From positions 5,504,001 through 5,568,000 of the forward strand of contig OZ220744.1 of the NCBI GenBank assembly GCA_965116925.1: a stretch of 64,000 bases of DNA, read 5' to 3'. Shown here piece after piece: positions 9,697 through 20,017 of the stretch. The translations under genes and the position numbers were made by a program. This DNA comes from Candidatus Poribacteria bacterium (GTDB lineage Bacteria; Poribacteria; WGA-4E; PCPOR2b). Numbering within the stretch: position 1 is the stretch's first letter; each line of letters opens with the position of its first letter. The notes below the pieces were generated by a model. The model had not been told where the DNA came from and made no database searches. It worked only from the letters and a program-made list of their open reading frames with translations.

Positions 9697-11586
9697 CTAA
9701 TATTTCAGGATGGTTCCCCATTCACCAACGACCCAGAGAACGCCGTCAGGAGATCGGGTGATGTCGATTAAGCCGTTTGAGGTTGGAGTTTGCTGAACGA
9801 GCCATGTCACACCGCTATCTTTGGTATTGAGGAGCATTCCCTTTTCTCCGACTGCCCAGCCCTCGTTCTCCGTAGCGAAATAGATGCCATTCAACTTTTC
9901 AGCCGTCGGTGTAATTTGCCGGATCCACGTCTCTCCGCCATCCTTTGTCGCATAAATGGAACCGTCATCCCCAGCAATCCACGCGATTTTGGGGGTAAGA
10001 GCGAAAATTGCCCGTAGCTGGTTGGGCCCCGCCTGCTGCGCGCCCCATGTTTCCCCACCATCACCGGTTTTAATAATTACCCCTGCGTCACCAACTATCC
10101 ATCCCACATTCGCATCGACAAAATAGACACCGTTCAGGTTGCTGTAGCTAGCAGTCATATCCCCGGAATCTTGGCTTTGCCATGTACGTCCACCATCTTT
10201 TGTGCGCAAAATCTTGCCAAGTTCGCCGACACCCCATCCGTGTTGCGGTGTTGAAAAGTGGAGATCATAAAAGCCAACGGCACGCTTCCATCGAATCGCC
10301 TCGTCAAATTGGATGCGTTGGATTTGACCGGTCTCCGCCTCCACACTGATACCACCCCATGTTCTGCCGCCATCCCCCGTCTCGATCAGGGTTGCGTTAC
10401 TGCCAACGATGTAGCCTTGCATCGCGTCAACAAAACCGATGCCGAACAGTTCAAAGACATTCCCGGTATGCTGTTGTTGCCATGTTGTTCCGCCATCACG
10501 GGTAGCAAGTGCCATCCCAGATAGTCCAACCGCCCATCCCGTCTTGTCGTCAAGGAAGTGGACTGTTGTCAAGTGGCTGTTGATTGAGACCACATCCCAC
10601 GATGCACCGCCATCTTGACTGTGCAAGAGGGTTGCAAATTCGCCCACCGCCCACGCCTCTTGCGGACTGACTAGTTGGATAGCGTTCAAACGGCTGGGAA
10701 CGGGTCTCGGTTCGAGTGGAGCCCAATTCGTGCCGCCGTCGGTTGTCCTCAGAATCACGCCGAACTCTGCGGCTGCGAGTCCGTGATTGGTATCAATAAA
10801 ATGGATACCCCAGATAGGTTCTGGCATACCGTTGGAATTGGGGACATTGCTTTCTTGGGTTTCCCACGTTGCGCCGCCGTCAGCGGTATGAATCAGCGCA
10901 CCGTTACCGCCGGCTGCCCACCCTTCTTGGCTATTGAGCATACAGATTGAACTGATGCCGGCTGCGGAGTTGATTTTTTGGCTCTTCCAGGTCTGTCCAC
11001 TGTCTGTTGTATGGACAACTGTTCCGCCGTGCCCCGCAGCCCAACCGACCTTTTCGCTGGTAAAGTGCAAATCTTGAATCGCATTATTCGTCGGAGGATC
11101 CTGTTGAACCCAAGTGTCACCGCCATCCGCTGTATGAATGATAAGTCCACCATCGCCACCAGCCCAGCCGTGTTGGGTATCCACAAAAAACACGGCTGAC
11201 AACGCACGACGTGTGCCGGTGTTCAGCACCGTCCACGTTTCTCCATTATCGGTGGTCTTCAATACGGCACCATCCTCACCGACGATCCAGCCGGTTTGGG
11301 GATTGAGGAAGCGTACCTTGTGGAAATCTATCCTGAACGGAAGAGGTTTGCTCGGTTGTTCCCAAGTTTTACCGCCGTCGTTGGTACGCAGAATTGTTGC
11401 GTCTGACCCGACGATCCACCCATCCTGTTGAGAAACGAAGTGGATATCGGAAAACCCCGCTTGCCATCGAGATTCACGAACAAGCGTCCAGGTCTTGTCT
11501 GCTGCAAAGACGTTGGTTGATAGGAGAGATAACAGTATTGCGAACCCCAGAGCGCGTCTGGTATGCAACGGTATATTTTTCATCAT
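9697..11586 (-). CDS. Secreted YCF48-like BNR/Asp-box beta-propeller protein
   Basis: Signal peptide (..TNVFA), about 14 GW.VG..G.I..TxDGGxTW repeats. Confidence 0.9.
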   Translation of the reverse strand: MMKNIPLHTRRALGFAILLSLLSTNVFAADKTWTLVRESRWQAGFSDIHFVSQQDGWIVGSDATILRTNDGGKTWEQPSKPLPFRIDFHKVRFLNPQTGWIVGEDGAVLKTTDNGETWTVLNTGTRRALSAVFFVDTQHGWAGGDGGLIIHTADGGDTWVQQDPPTNNAIQDLHFTSEKVGWAAGHGGTVVHTTDSGQTWKSQKINSAAGISSICMLNSQEGWAAGGNGALIHTADGGATWETQESNVPNSNGMPEPIWGIHFIDTNHGLAAAEFGVILRTTDGGTNWAPLEPRPVPSRLNAIQLVSPQEAWAVGEFATLLHSQDGGASWDVVSINSHLTTVHFLDDKTGWAVGLSGMALATRDGGTTWQQQHTGNVFELFGIGFVDAMQGYIVGSNATLIETGDGGRTWGGISVEAETGQIQRIQFDEAIRWKRAVGFYDLHFSTPQHGWGVGELGKILRTKDGGRTWQSQDSGDMTASYSNLNGVYFVDANVGWIVGDAGVIIKTGDGGETWGAQQAGPNQLRAIFALTPKIAWIAGDDGSIYATKDGGETWIRQITPTAEKLNGIYFATENEGWAVGEKGMLLNTKDSGVTWLVQQTPTSNGLIDITRSPDGVLWVVGEWGTILKY

Positions 11587-11614
11587 TGTTTCTGTCCTAT
11601 TCCGAGTCAGAGAG

Positions 11615-11848
11615 TCGCGATTCGGAGGGTACGCCTCCTACCGCACGTTTTTTGTAGGAGGAAATTCCAATTCCCACCCATTGCGTCGGTGATTGACGCT
11701 TTAGCAGCTTGCACTATAATAGTATACCATACCATACAGACGAATCTAGGGTCATTTAGTTTTAGACTTTTTAACCATTTTCTTTGAAAAGTCGTAATCG
11801 GGAAGTTGCTCCTAGAGTGAGGCATCGGGATTCGGAGATCCCTCCTAC
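11615..11848. repeat. REP-like GTAGGAGG(G)ATCTCCGAATCCCGA copies
   Basis: tcgcgattcggagggtacgcctcctac (~11616), gtaggaggaaattcc (~11654), tcgggattcggagatccctcctac (11825-11848). Confidence 0.55.
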
Positions 11849-11886
11849 AGAAGGGTTAAATGACCCTAGACGGATCAAATCCCTCA

Positions 11887-11915
11887 TTGACCGCGAAAAT
11901 AAAACGTGATATAAT
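11887..11915 (+). promoter_or_regulatory. Sigma70 promoter for the trpC unit
   Basis: TTGACC-17nt-TATAAT with TG extension. Confidence 0.7.
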
Positions 11916-11977
11916 CGAGTCTACGAAATGTAAAATTTATGAATCGCTCAACTTCGTCTGGAGGATAGGAGCCCCCT

Positions 11978-12763
11978 TTGATCTTAGATACTATTGTCGC
12001 CCACAAACGGATAGAGTTGGAGGACGACAAGCAACGGCTGCCGTTAGATACGCTGAAACGCAAGATTCGGGATCTACCCCCGACGCGAGATTTTCGCGCT
12101 GTGCTGTCAACCCCGAATCGTATTCACCTGATCGCTGAAGTCAAAAAAAAATCCCCAAGTAAAGGAATTATCCGCGAGGATTTCGATCCAGTTGGAATCG
12201 CTCGGACCTATGCGGAAAACGGTGCATCGGCAATCTCAGTGCTGACCGACCGAGGATTTTTCGCCGGGGAACTCGCTTATCTGAGTGCTATTCGTGAAGC
12301 GGTGACACTCCCTCTCTTGCGGAAAGATTTTACTATTGATCCGTATCATATCTATCAAGCACGACTCGCCGGTGCGGACGCTATTCTGTTAATCGTCTCG
12401 ATTTTAACATTGACGCAACTGCGTGAATTTACTGAGATAGCGCGAAGTTTGGGACTCGCAAGCCTTGTCGAAGTCCATACCGAAGCGGAATTGGAATTGG
12501 CGTTGACGGGAGGCACAGAGATCGTTGGCATCAATAACCGGGATCTGAAAACCTTCCACACAGATATCGCAACCACCTTCTACTTGAGAGACTCCATCCC
12601 AACCGATAAAGTTATCGTCAGCGAAAGTGGCATCAATACACACAAGGACGTAATGAAACTCAAAGAGGCGGGAATCAACGCGATTCTGGTAGGAGAGTCA
12701 TTGATGCGGAGTCCGAATATTGGGGATAAAGTGAAAGAGCTGCTCGGATCTGAATCGGGTTAA
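11978..12763 (+). CDS. trpC: Indole-3-glycerol phosphate synthase
   Basis: IAEVKKKSPSKG, ISVLTD, LRKDF, LVEVH, GINNRDL, VSESGI, LVGESLM; TTG start with AGGAG. Confidence 0.97.
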   Translation: MILDTIVAHKRIELEDDKQRLPLDTLKRKIRDLPPTRDFRAVLSTPNRIHLIAEVKKKSPSKGIIREDFDPVGIARTYAENGASAISVLTDRGFFAGELAYLSAIREAVTLPLLRKDFTIDPYHIYQARLAGADAILLIVSILTLTQLREFTEIARSLGLASLVEVHTEAELELALTGGTEIVGINNRDLKTFHTDIATTFYLRDSIPTDKVIVSESGINTHKDVMKLKEAGINAILVGESLMRSPNIGDKVKELLGSESG

Positions 12764-12787
12764 TCTTATTAGTTCGGAAGTGGATCA

Positions 12788-14653
12788 ATGTGCCGAGTTG
12801 TTATCCTGTTTTTTATCTTATTTGTCTCTTCCGCTTTTTCAGCCATCGAGTTTGAATCTGTTGAACTTGGGTTCGACAAGGTTTACAAACGGGAGCGATG
12901 GGCACCGCTACGGGTCGTTGTTACTAGCCATAATGAAGATTTCAACGGCGAGGTTAGGATTGAAGTCCGCAACATCTTTTCGGACGAACTGATTCAAACG
13001 TATGCCACCCCTCTTTCCCTTACGCGAACAGATCGTCAACGGCGTGTGATTCATGTTTTCTTGCCGGGAGTTTCCTCCCAACTGAGCATCAAGCTTGTCA
13101 GCCACGCCGGGCAAGTCCGAGTTCCTCAAGAATTAACACCGGAACTACCCAAATCGTTGGCGGACCTCATAATCCTCGCATTGACGCCAAGCCGTGATCT
13201 GTTGAGTCGCTGGGATGGAAAGCAGATCGACGATAAAGGGCACGCCTTTGTCGCCTATACTGATTTTAAGAAGTTACCTGTCCACTGGAAAGGGTACGAT
13301 TCAGTTGATTTTTTTGTGATTCGTGGGGTTTCCTTAGTTGAGCGTCGGATTTCTAAGCGACAACAACAGGCGTTACTCGATTGGGTTCAGCGGGGCGGCA
13401 CCTTGCTTGTGTCGGGCGGTGCGGATTTGCGCCAGCTGCATGGGAGTTTTCTGGAGATGTTTCTGCCGGTGGAGTTGGGTAACTTACGAAGAGCAACCCA
13501 ACTTCCCGAATCAATGCGGCGTTTTGGGTTTGCAGCCGATTTACCCTTTGACCTGATTGAATTTAAGTCTAAGCCCGGGATGGTTGGACTCGCTGTTGGC
13601 GAAGACCAAATCTATATCGCCAAAAGATTTTTGGGTGGTGGGCAGATCATTAGCTTGGGGTTTGATTACAACGCACCTCCTTTTTCTTATTCGCCGGGAG
13701 CGGAGGCATTTTGGAAGTGGATGCTTGAGGCAGAGGTCCGAACACCACGCCATACTGAAGCACGATACGAAGCCGATCGCAGACACGACGAAAAGATCCG
13801 GGCGATCTTGGCAACCGTTCCTTCGGTGAAAGCCCCATTGATTTGGCTGATGTTTGTTTTCTTGGTTGTATATGCACTGGGTTTCGGTGCTTTGATATGG
13901 CGAGGTGGAAAAGGTAAACCTCGTCTATATTGGGGCGGAGGTATTGCACTCGCGGTACTTTTTTTATGCGGTGTTATTCTGCCGCGACACTTTGTACCGA
14001 GTCCGGTCTCGGTGAAGCGTTTTTCAATTTTATCCGTTTATCCTTCAACGAACCGTGCTCACCTGCAAACCTACATCGGAATTATTGCTTCAGCAAGCGT
14101 TGAAACATCAATCCAGTTTCAGGGAAGGACTTTTATCAGACCCTTAACAGGGACTGCCACCCCCCCGTTGCAACTGGTTGAACCTGAAGGGATGAAAGAT
14201 CTTTCGATCCTGCGTCAAGCAGCTTTAGATCCGTGGATCACACGAGCCTACTTTGCGGAGACTTTTATCGATTTTCCGGTGCACCTGACATGGGAGCGCG
14301 GAGTGACAACCAATCGGATTGAACATAGGCTCCCCTATACGTTGGAAAACGCATGGCTTATCGATCAGGGAGAATATCCTCACATCGGCACGATTCCGCC
14401 CGCAACGGCTATTGAGATAAAGGAAAACCCAAAAAGATATAACAGGTCTCCCCTCTCTCAAGCACTAGTCGGTGAGCGAAAAGCGTTTATGCGGATATTG
14501 ATTGGTGAGGTCGTCCTACGCTATTTGGCACAAGAGGGATCACCAAAACTCGTTGGCTGGACGCAAACCGCTCCATTGCCGATGTCGATGGATCACCCCG
14601 TGAACGCTGTCGATGAAACGCTTGTGATTTTATATTTACCAGAGCACCGCTAA
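12788..14653 (+). CDS. Exported/membrane protein with glutamine-amidotransferase-like extracytoplasmic domain
   Basis: Signal peptide, WKGYDSVD..QQQALLDWVQRGGTLLVSGG motif, two central TM helices. Confidence 0.6.
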   Translation: MCRVVILFFILFVSSAFSAIEFESVELGFDKVYKRERWAPLRVVVTSHNEDFNGEVRIEVRNIFSDELIQTYATPLSLTRTDRQRRVIHVFLPGVSSQLSIKLVSHAGQVRVPQELTPELPKSLADLIILALTPSRDLLSRWDGKQIDDKGHAFVAYTDFKKLPVHWKGYDSVDFFVIRGVSLVERRISKRQQQALLDWVQRGGTLLVSGGADLRQLHGSFLEMFLPVELGNLRRATQLPESMRRFGFAADLPFDLIEFKSKPGMVGLAVGEDQIYIAKRFLGGGQIISLGFDYNAPPFSYSPGAEAFWKWMLEAEVRTPRHTEARYEADRRHDEKIRAILATVPSVKAPLIWLMFVFLVVYALGFGALIWRGGKGKPRLYWGGGIALAVLFLCGVILPRHFVPSPVSVKRFSILSVYPSTNRAHLQTYIGIIASASVETSIQFQGRTFIRPLTGTATPPLQLVEPEGMKDLSILRQAALDPWITRAYFAETFIDFPVHLTWERGVTTNRIEHRLPYTLENAWLIDQGEYPHIGTIPPATAIEIKENPKRYNRSPLSQALVGERKAFMRILIGEVVLRYLAQEGSPKLVGWTQTAPLPMSMDHPVNAVDETLVILYLPEHR

Positions 14654-14771
14654 ATGAGGTGAGGTGGAGGCGGGAGAACGTGGGGATGAGTAAGCGAGGG
14701 AGCGGGACAGGACACTCGCTTCCTTACCTCCTCGCTGCCTCGCCCCCTCAGAAATAGGAGACGAGAACATA

Positions 14772-17756
14772 ATGGCAGCAGAGATACCTTTACAAAAAAT
14801 TGATGAATACCGGTGGCGTATCCCTAAAAGCTATATGCGCGGGATGCGGGTTGATGGAATTATCTACGCAAATGAGAAACTACTTGAACAAGCCAAAAGC
14901 GAGGAAGCGTTGCAGCAGGTCGCTAATGTGGCACATCTGCCGGGGATTATCAAGCATTCGCTGGCAATGCCTGACCTACATTGGGGCTACGGCTTCGTGA
15001 TTGGCGGAGTAGCGGCGACTGATCCGGAAGCAGATGGCGTTGTGTCCCCTGGTGGGATTGGGTACGATTTGAACTGTTTGACGGCTGACGCACAGATCCT
15101 GCATCAACACGGTTACACGATACCAATCGGAGAGATGGGTTCAAATTGGGAAACCGCTATGCTACGTTGTCAGGATTTTCAAAATAGCGTTGAAACCCAA
15201 ACCTCTGTGCAGCATTATCTGAAACTTCGTCCAACCCAGCCAGTATACCGTCTGAAGACTGAAGGTGGTGATACCATCAAGGCGACAGCCGATCATCCCT
15301 TCTGGACACCAAAGGGGATGGTTGAACTGCAATCGCTCAAGATTGGTGAAAAGGTCGCGCTATCACCATTTCAAGGGGTGCCTTATAAAGAGCCATCGGA
15401 TAAGATTATCGTTGACCAAGCACAGATCGAAAACTTGCTCAGTCAACTCGGTGATAGCCAATCCGGCAATCGACGGGGGCAGGTTATCAAGCATCTCAAG
15501 CAGCGCGATCTGTTGCCGCTGAGATACGACTCACCTGCGTTGCCATACCTGCTAAAAGTCTTAGGATATGTGATGGGAGATGGAAATATCTACTATGTTA
15601 ATGGTGATGGCAAAGGTCGAATTGCTTTCTACGGCAAAGCAGAAGATCTAGAGGCGATCAGAGCAGATATTTCACACCTTGGGTTTACACCATCAAAATT
15701 GCACCGCCGTGAGCGAGTCCATCAGATTACAACGAGTTACGACACATATCGATTTTCCCGCGAAGAGGTCAGCTTCAATGTGAGTAGTACTGCGTTCACG
15801 ACGCTACTTGTTGCGCTTGGCGCGCCTCACGGTAAGAAAGCCTCTCAGGACTATCGGATGCCTCAGTGGATTAAGGTTGCACCGTTGTGGCAGAAACGCT
15901 TGTTTCTCGCAACGCTATTCGGGGCTGAACTAGAATCCCCCGGCACAATGACAGGACACCCGTACACCATCTCCGCTCCTAAGATGTCAATGAGCAAAAG
16001 GGAGGGTTATGTCGACAGTGGTGTCTCTTTCTTGCGAGACATCAGTAATCTTTTAGCGGATTTCGGTGTGCAGACTAAGAAGATTGGCCAGCGAAAAGAG
16101 CAAACCAACACCGATGGATCGGCTTCCTATCGGTTACGATTAGTTATCTCAGGAACGAATGAAAACCTGATTAAACTGTGGGGACAGGTTGGGTTTGAAT
16201 ACAACGCAGAGCGTAAGGCACTCGCAAATGTTGCATTACAGTATCTCAAACTCAAACAACGATTGATTGAGGATCGAGAAAATGCTGCAGGGATTGCTGT
16301 TGCAATGCACGCAGATGGGATATCGATCTCAGAAATTACCGACAAGATTGGATTTAAATATATTAACGAGCGTTTTGTCGAAAGGTCGATCTATGAAGGA
16401 CGACAGACGAAACCACGAGTCAGCCAAGCGTTTCCAACTTTTGAGGAATACGTTGAGGAAGGGACACACGACTTGGGCGAAAGTGGTATGGTTTGGGATT
16501 GCATTGAGTCAATTACCCCGCTTGAGTTTGATGATTATGTTTACGACTTTACGGTTGAACATCCGGATCACAATTTCATTGCAAACGGTTTTGTTGTATC
16601 TAACTGCGGTGTTTGTTTAATTCGGACCAATTTGGATATTCAACAGTTAGCGGGTAGAACCAAAGGGCTCGTTGCGAAGCTGTTTGAAAATGTTCCCTGT
16701 GGTGTTGGGTCAAGTGGAAAGATTCGGCTGAACCAGCAAGAAGAGAAGCAGATGGTCGAGCAGGGAGCGCGTTGGGCGGTTGAGCGCGAATACGGCTTTC
16801 TTGAAGACCTTCAATTTACGGAGGCGAACGGCTTTCTGTCCCTTGCCAATGCGGATGCAGTCAGCAAACGCGCCCTGGAGCGCGGAAAAAATCAGCTCGG
16901 CACACTCGGCTCTGGAAATCACTTTTTAGAAGTTCAAGTGGTAGATCGGATTCTGTATCGGGAAGCCGCGGAGGTGATGGGGCTGACGGAGGGACAGATT
17001 TGTGTGATGATTCATAGTGGTTCGCGCGGCTTCGGCTATCAGGTGTGCGATGAGCATGTCAAAACATGGGTCCAAGTTGCAAAGAAGTATGGGATTGATC
17101 TGCCCGACCGCCAACTTGCCTCTGCCCCGATTAATTCAAAGGAGGGGCAGGACTATATCACGGCGATGGCGTGTGGGGCGAACTATGCATGGAATAACCG
17201 CCAGTGTATCATGCACTGGGTGCGTCAAACATTCATGGATTTCTTTGAGACGGGGGTTGATGAGCTCGGCTTAGAACTGGTCTATGATGTCGCACATAAC
17301 ATCGGCAAGTTTGAGAAGCATCTCGTTGATGGGACTGAACGTGAACTGTTCGTGCATCGCAAAGGTGCGACACGAGCGTTCCCGGCGGGGCATCCTGAGA
17401 TTCCCAACAAGTATCAGAAGGTTGGACAGCCGGTTCTGATACCCGGCGATATGGGCACCGCCTCTTATGTCTTAGTCGGTAACCCGTCGGCGATGGAGCA
17501 GACGTGGGGAACAACATGCCATGGTGCAGGTAGAATGCTTTCGCGGCGGAAAGCGATGCAGGTCACGAAAGGGCGCAGCATTCAAAAAGACCTTGAGAAG
17601 CAAGGAATCTTCGTCCGTGCAGAAGGGCGACGCACACTCCACGAGGAGGTGCCTGAAGCCTACAAAGATGTGGATGAAGTTGTCAAGGTTGTCGACGCAG
17701 CGGGCCTTTCACGGCGGGTAGCGCGGTTGCGCCCGATTGGTGTAGTCAAAGGTTAG
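14772..17756 (+). CDS. rtcB: RNA-splicing ligase RtcB (long, archaeal/eukaryote-like type) with intein
   Basis: MPDLHWGYGF, GYDLN|C, LGTLGSGNHFLE, HSGSRG, DVAHN, HRKGATRAF, PGDMG, HGAGR, EVPEAYKD, VVKG. Confidence 0.95.
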   Translation: MAAEIPLQKIDEYRWRIPKSYMRGMRVDGIIYANEKLLEQAKSEEALQQVANVAHLPGIIKHSLAMPDLHWGYGFVIGGVAATDPEADGVVSPGGIGYDLNCLTADAQILHQHGYTIPIGEMGSNWETAMLRCQDFQNSVETQTSVQHYLKLRPTQPVYRLKTEGGDTIKATADHPFWTPKGMVELQSLKIGEKVALSPFQGVPYKEPSDKIIVDQAQIENLLSQLGDSQSGNRRGQVIKHLKQRDLLPLRYDSPALPYLLKVLGYVMGDGNIYYVNGDGKGRIAFYGKAEDLEAIRADISHLGFTPSKLHRRERVHQITTSYDTYRFSREEVSFNVSSTAFTTLLVALGAPHGKKASQDYRMPQWIKVAPLWQKRLFLATLFGAELESPGTMTGHPYTISAPKMSMSKREGYVDSGVSFLRDISNLLADFGVQTKKIGQRKEQTNTDGSASYRLRLVISGTNENLIKLWGQVGFEYNAERKALANVALQYLKLKQRLIEDRENAAGIAVAMHADGISISEITDKIGFKYINERFVERSIYEGRQTKPRVSQAFPTFEEYVEEGTHDLGESGMVWDCIESITPLEFDDYVYDFTVEHPDHNFIANGFVVSNCGVCLIRTNLDIQQLAGRTKGLVAKLFENVPCGVGSSGKIRLNQQEEKQMVEQGARWAVEREYGFLEDLQFTEANGFLSLANADAVSKRALERGKNQLGTLGSGNHFLEVQVVDRILYREAAEVMGLTEGQICVMIHSGSRGFGYQVCDEHVKTWVQVAKKYGIDLPDRQLASAPINSKEGQDYITAMACGANYAWNNRQCIMHWVRQTFMDFFETGVDELGLELVYDVAHNIGKFEKHLVDGTERELFVHRKGATRAFPAGHPEIPNKYQKVGQPVLIPGDMGTASYVLVGNPSAMEQTWGTTCHGAGRMLSRRKAMQVTKGRSIQKDLEKQGIFVRAEGRRTLHEEVPEAYKDVDEVVKVVDAAGLSRRVARLRPIGVVKG
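15075..16604 (+). mobile_element. 510-aa intein with LAGLIDADG homing endonuclease
   Basis: Starts CLTAD; block B ATADHPF; LGYVMGDG and FLATLFGAE motifs; ends VYDFTV..HNFIANGFVVSN before +1 Cys. Confidence 0.93.
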
Positions 17757-17801
17757 GAGATACACTTATACTAGGCAGATTTGAAAAAAGGAGTACACGT
17801 A

Positions 17802-18947
17802 GTGAAGATCGCAAGGATTGAGCAGTTTTTTCCGCGTCATCGGATGCGGTTGGTAAGAATCACAACTGACAACGGTCTTGTCGGCTGGGGAGAGACAACG
17901 CTTGAAGGCAAGCCGAAAAGCACCATTGCCGCTGTTGAGGAACTCACCGACTACCTGATCGGTAAAGATCCGTTACGCATCGAACATCATTGGCAACACA
18001 TTTACCGGTCCGCCTTTTTCCGGGGCGGCAATGTGTTAATGAGTGCCTTATCCGGCATCGATCAGGCACTATGGGACATCGCCGGCAAACACTACGATGT
18101 GCCGACACATCAACTGCTCGGCGGTGCGGTGCGTGACCGCATTCGCGTTTACGCACATTGGGGCATCGGCAGCATGACGGACGAGGGGCAAGCTGCTGCG
18201 AAAGCCCGTCTCGAAATGTTACAGAAGAAGGGAGGCTACAAAGCGTTTAAGTCGGGGCCCGGCGGCACGTGGCGAGCGCATGAGCCACCGGCTGTTATTG
18301 ACGCCTTTGTTGAGCGCGCCTATCTGATGCGGGAGTGGGTTGGCCCTGATGCGGAGTTGTGTTTCGACTTTCATGGCAAAATGACACCGGCACTCGCCAT
18401 CGAAGTCTGTCATGAATTGAAGGGGATGCGTCCTATGTTCGTGGAGGAGCCGGTGCCACAGGAGAATATCGATGCCCTGAAGTTGGTTTCAGACCATGTT
18501 CCGTTTCCGATTGCGACCGGGGAACGTCTGCTCTCGCGATGGGAATTCCGCCAAGTGTTCGAGAAGCAGGCGGTAGCGTATATCCAACCGGATGGGTCAC
18601 ACGCGGGTGGAATCACAGAGTTGAAGAAGATTGCGAATATGGCAGAAGTTTACTACATCCACACTATGCCGCACTGTGCGATTGGACCTGTAGCGTTTTC
18701 CGCCTGTATGCAGGTTGATGCAGTTGTTCCGAATTTCCTCGTTCAGGAGCAGGTTGATGCAGCACTTGGTAATGGGTTGCTGAAAACGGATTGGGAGGTC
18801 AAGGATGGGCATATAGAATTGCCGACGAGACCCGGGCTCGGTTTCGAGATAGACGAGAAAGAGGCTATGCAGAATCGTGAAGGGTACGACGAAGAGTTGG
18901 GTGGTGAGTTCTATTACGAGTCGGATGGCAGCGTTGCGGATTGGTAA
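17802..18947 (+). CDS. dgoD: Galactonate dehydratase-like, mandelate racemase/enolase superfamily
   Basis: GWGE, SGIDQALWDI.GK, DFHG, VEEP, ATGERL, QPD, PHC; GTG start after AAAGGAG; substrate uncertain. Confidence 0.7.
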   Translation: MKIARIEQFFPRHRMRLVRITTDNGLVGWGETTLEGKPKSTIAAVEELTDYLIGKDPLRIEHHWQHIYRSAFFRGGNVLMSALSGIDQALWDIAGKHYDVPTHQLLGGAVRDRIRVYAHWGIGSMTDEGQAAAKARLEMLQKKGGYKAFKSGPGGTWRAHEPPAVIDAFVERAYLMREWVGPDAELCFDFHGKMTPALAIEVCHELKGMRPMFVEEPVPQENIDALKLVSDHVPFPIATGERLLSRWEFRQVFEKQAVAYIQPDGSHAGGITELKKIANMAEVYYIHTMPHCAIGPVAFSACMQVDAVVPNFLVQEQVDAALGNGLLKTDWEVKDGHIELPTRPGLGFEIDEKEAMQNREGYDEELGGEFYYESDGSVADW

Positions 18948-18963
18948 AGACGATCAGTGATGC

Positions 18964-20004
18964 TTATTCAATTTTCATCTCTTCCAAATCCCTTTCGAGA
19001 GTCCTGATTTCCGTTAGGGTCATTGAGTCAGGTTCAAGTGCGTATGCGTTTCTATATACTTCGAGTGCGGACTCTGGATCTTGTAAGAACGAGTTGTAAA
19101 TCTGTCCCATCCACAGATATGCGTCAACCTCAGTCGGGTCTAGCGTAACGATTTTCTGGTACACATCTAACGCCTCGTCATAAGCGCGTTCCTCTCCCCC
19201 GCGCCGGAGTATAGCCGCGCGGCCATAGAGTAATCCGATGAGTTCTTGTTTCGCCTCTGTGAAGTTCGGTGCGTGTGCCACGACCTCTTCAAGAATTTCA
19301 AGCCCCCTATCCTCCAAGCCGACAAGCTGCGCTTGTTCTTCGGCGGTAAGCTCTCGGTCAATGAATTGATACATCTGCTGGATATTGCGATAGGTTCGTG
19401 ACAGTTGGAGTCGGGCTTGCAGACCAATTGGCATTGGCTCAAAGGGCACATCAATTAAGTCGAGATCATTTTCGATTGCTTTCTTGTAGTGAGTCTGTGC
19501 TTCCTCAAACTGTTTCGTCCCCTGATACAGCACACCTAACTGATAGTGTGCTTCCGCATACGTTGGATCTTTGGCGATTACAGCGAGGAACTCTTGGACC
19601 GCCAGTGCCTGTTCACCTGTGTCACGCAGCAGCTTTCCGCGGAGGAGGTGGACAGCTGGATGGTCGGGATCAATCGCTGCAGCGCGATTCAGATGGATTT
19701 CTGCATCCGCTACCCAGTTGCTATGGAAATAGATCTCCGAAACCCGAAGATGGGCGTGCAGCCGCGAGGCATGGTTGACGTTGTTGGCATCTGCCTCAAT
19801 CGCCTGAATACCCTCCCAATACGCAAATAAGGCCTTGGGTAGGTCCTGCTTTGCAAAGTGTTCATCTCCCTGTTCAATGAATGTACTTGCTTGTGATGCG
19901 GGAGGTGAATTGATTTCTGCGCCACCTCTTTTTGTATTCAGGATAATCAGGACGATGAGTGCAATCAGAGCCACAGCTTCAAAGTAGAGCAACCATTTAC
20001 GCAT
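18964..20004 (-). CDS. Membrane-anchored tetratricopeptide repeat protein
   Basis: N-terminal TM helix; TPR patterns such as AEAHYQLGVLY..FEEAQTHYKKAIE and AYLWMGQIY. Confidence 0.85.
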   Translation of the reverse strand: MRKWLLYFEAVALIALIVLIILNTKRGGAEINSPPASQASTFIEQGDEHFAKQDLPKALFAYWEGIQAIEADANNVNHASRLHAHLRVSEIYFHSNWVADAEIHLNRAAAIDPDHPAVHLLRGKLLRDTGEQALAVQEFLAVIAKDPTYAEAHYQLGVLYQGTKQFEEAQTHYKKAIENDLDLIDVPFEPMPIGLQARLQLSRTYRNIQQMYQFIDRELTAEEQAQLVGLEDRGLEILEEVVAHAPNFTEAKQELIGLLYGRAAILRRGGEERAYDEALDVYQKIVTLDPTEVDAYLWMGQIYNSFLQDPESALEVYRNAYALEPDSMTLTEIRTLERDLEEMKIE

Positions 20005-20017
20005 CTGTAATCTCTCC

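Noticed and set aside
9697..11586. Photosystem II assembly role for the YCF48-like protein
   Set aside because: Generic BNR propeller; no photosynthesis genes in the window
11916..11977. Trp attenuator before trpC
   Set aside because: No convincing tandem-Trp leader peptide or terminator hairpin
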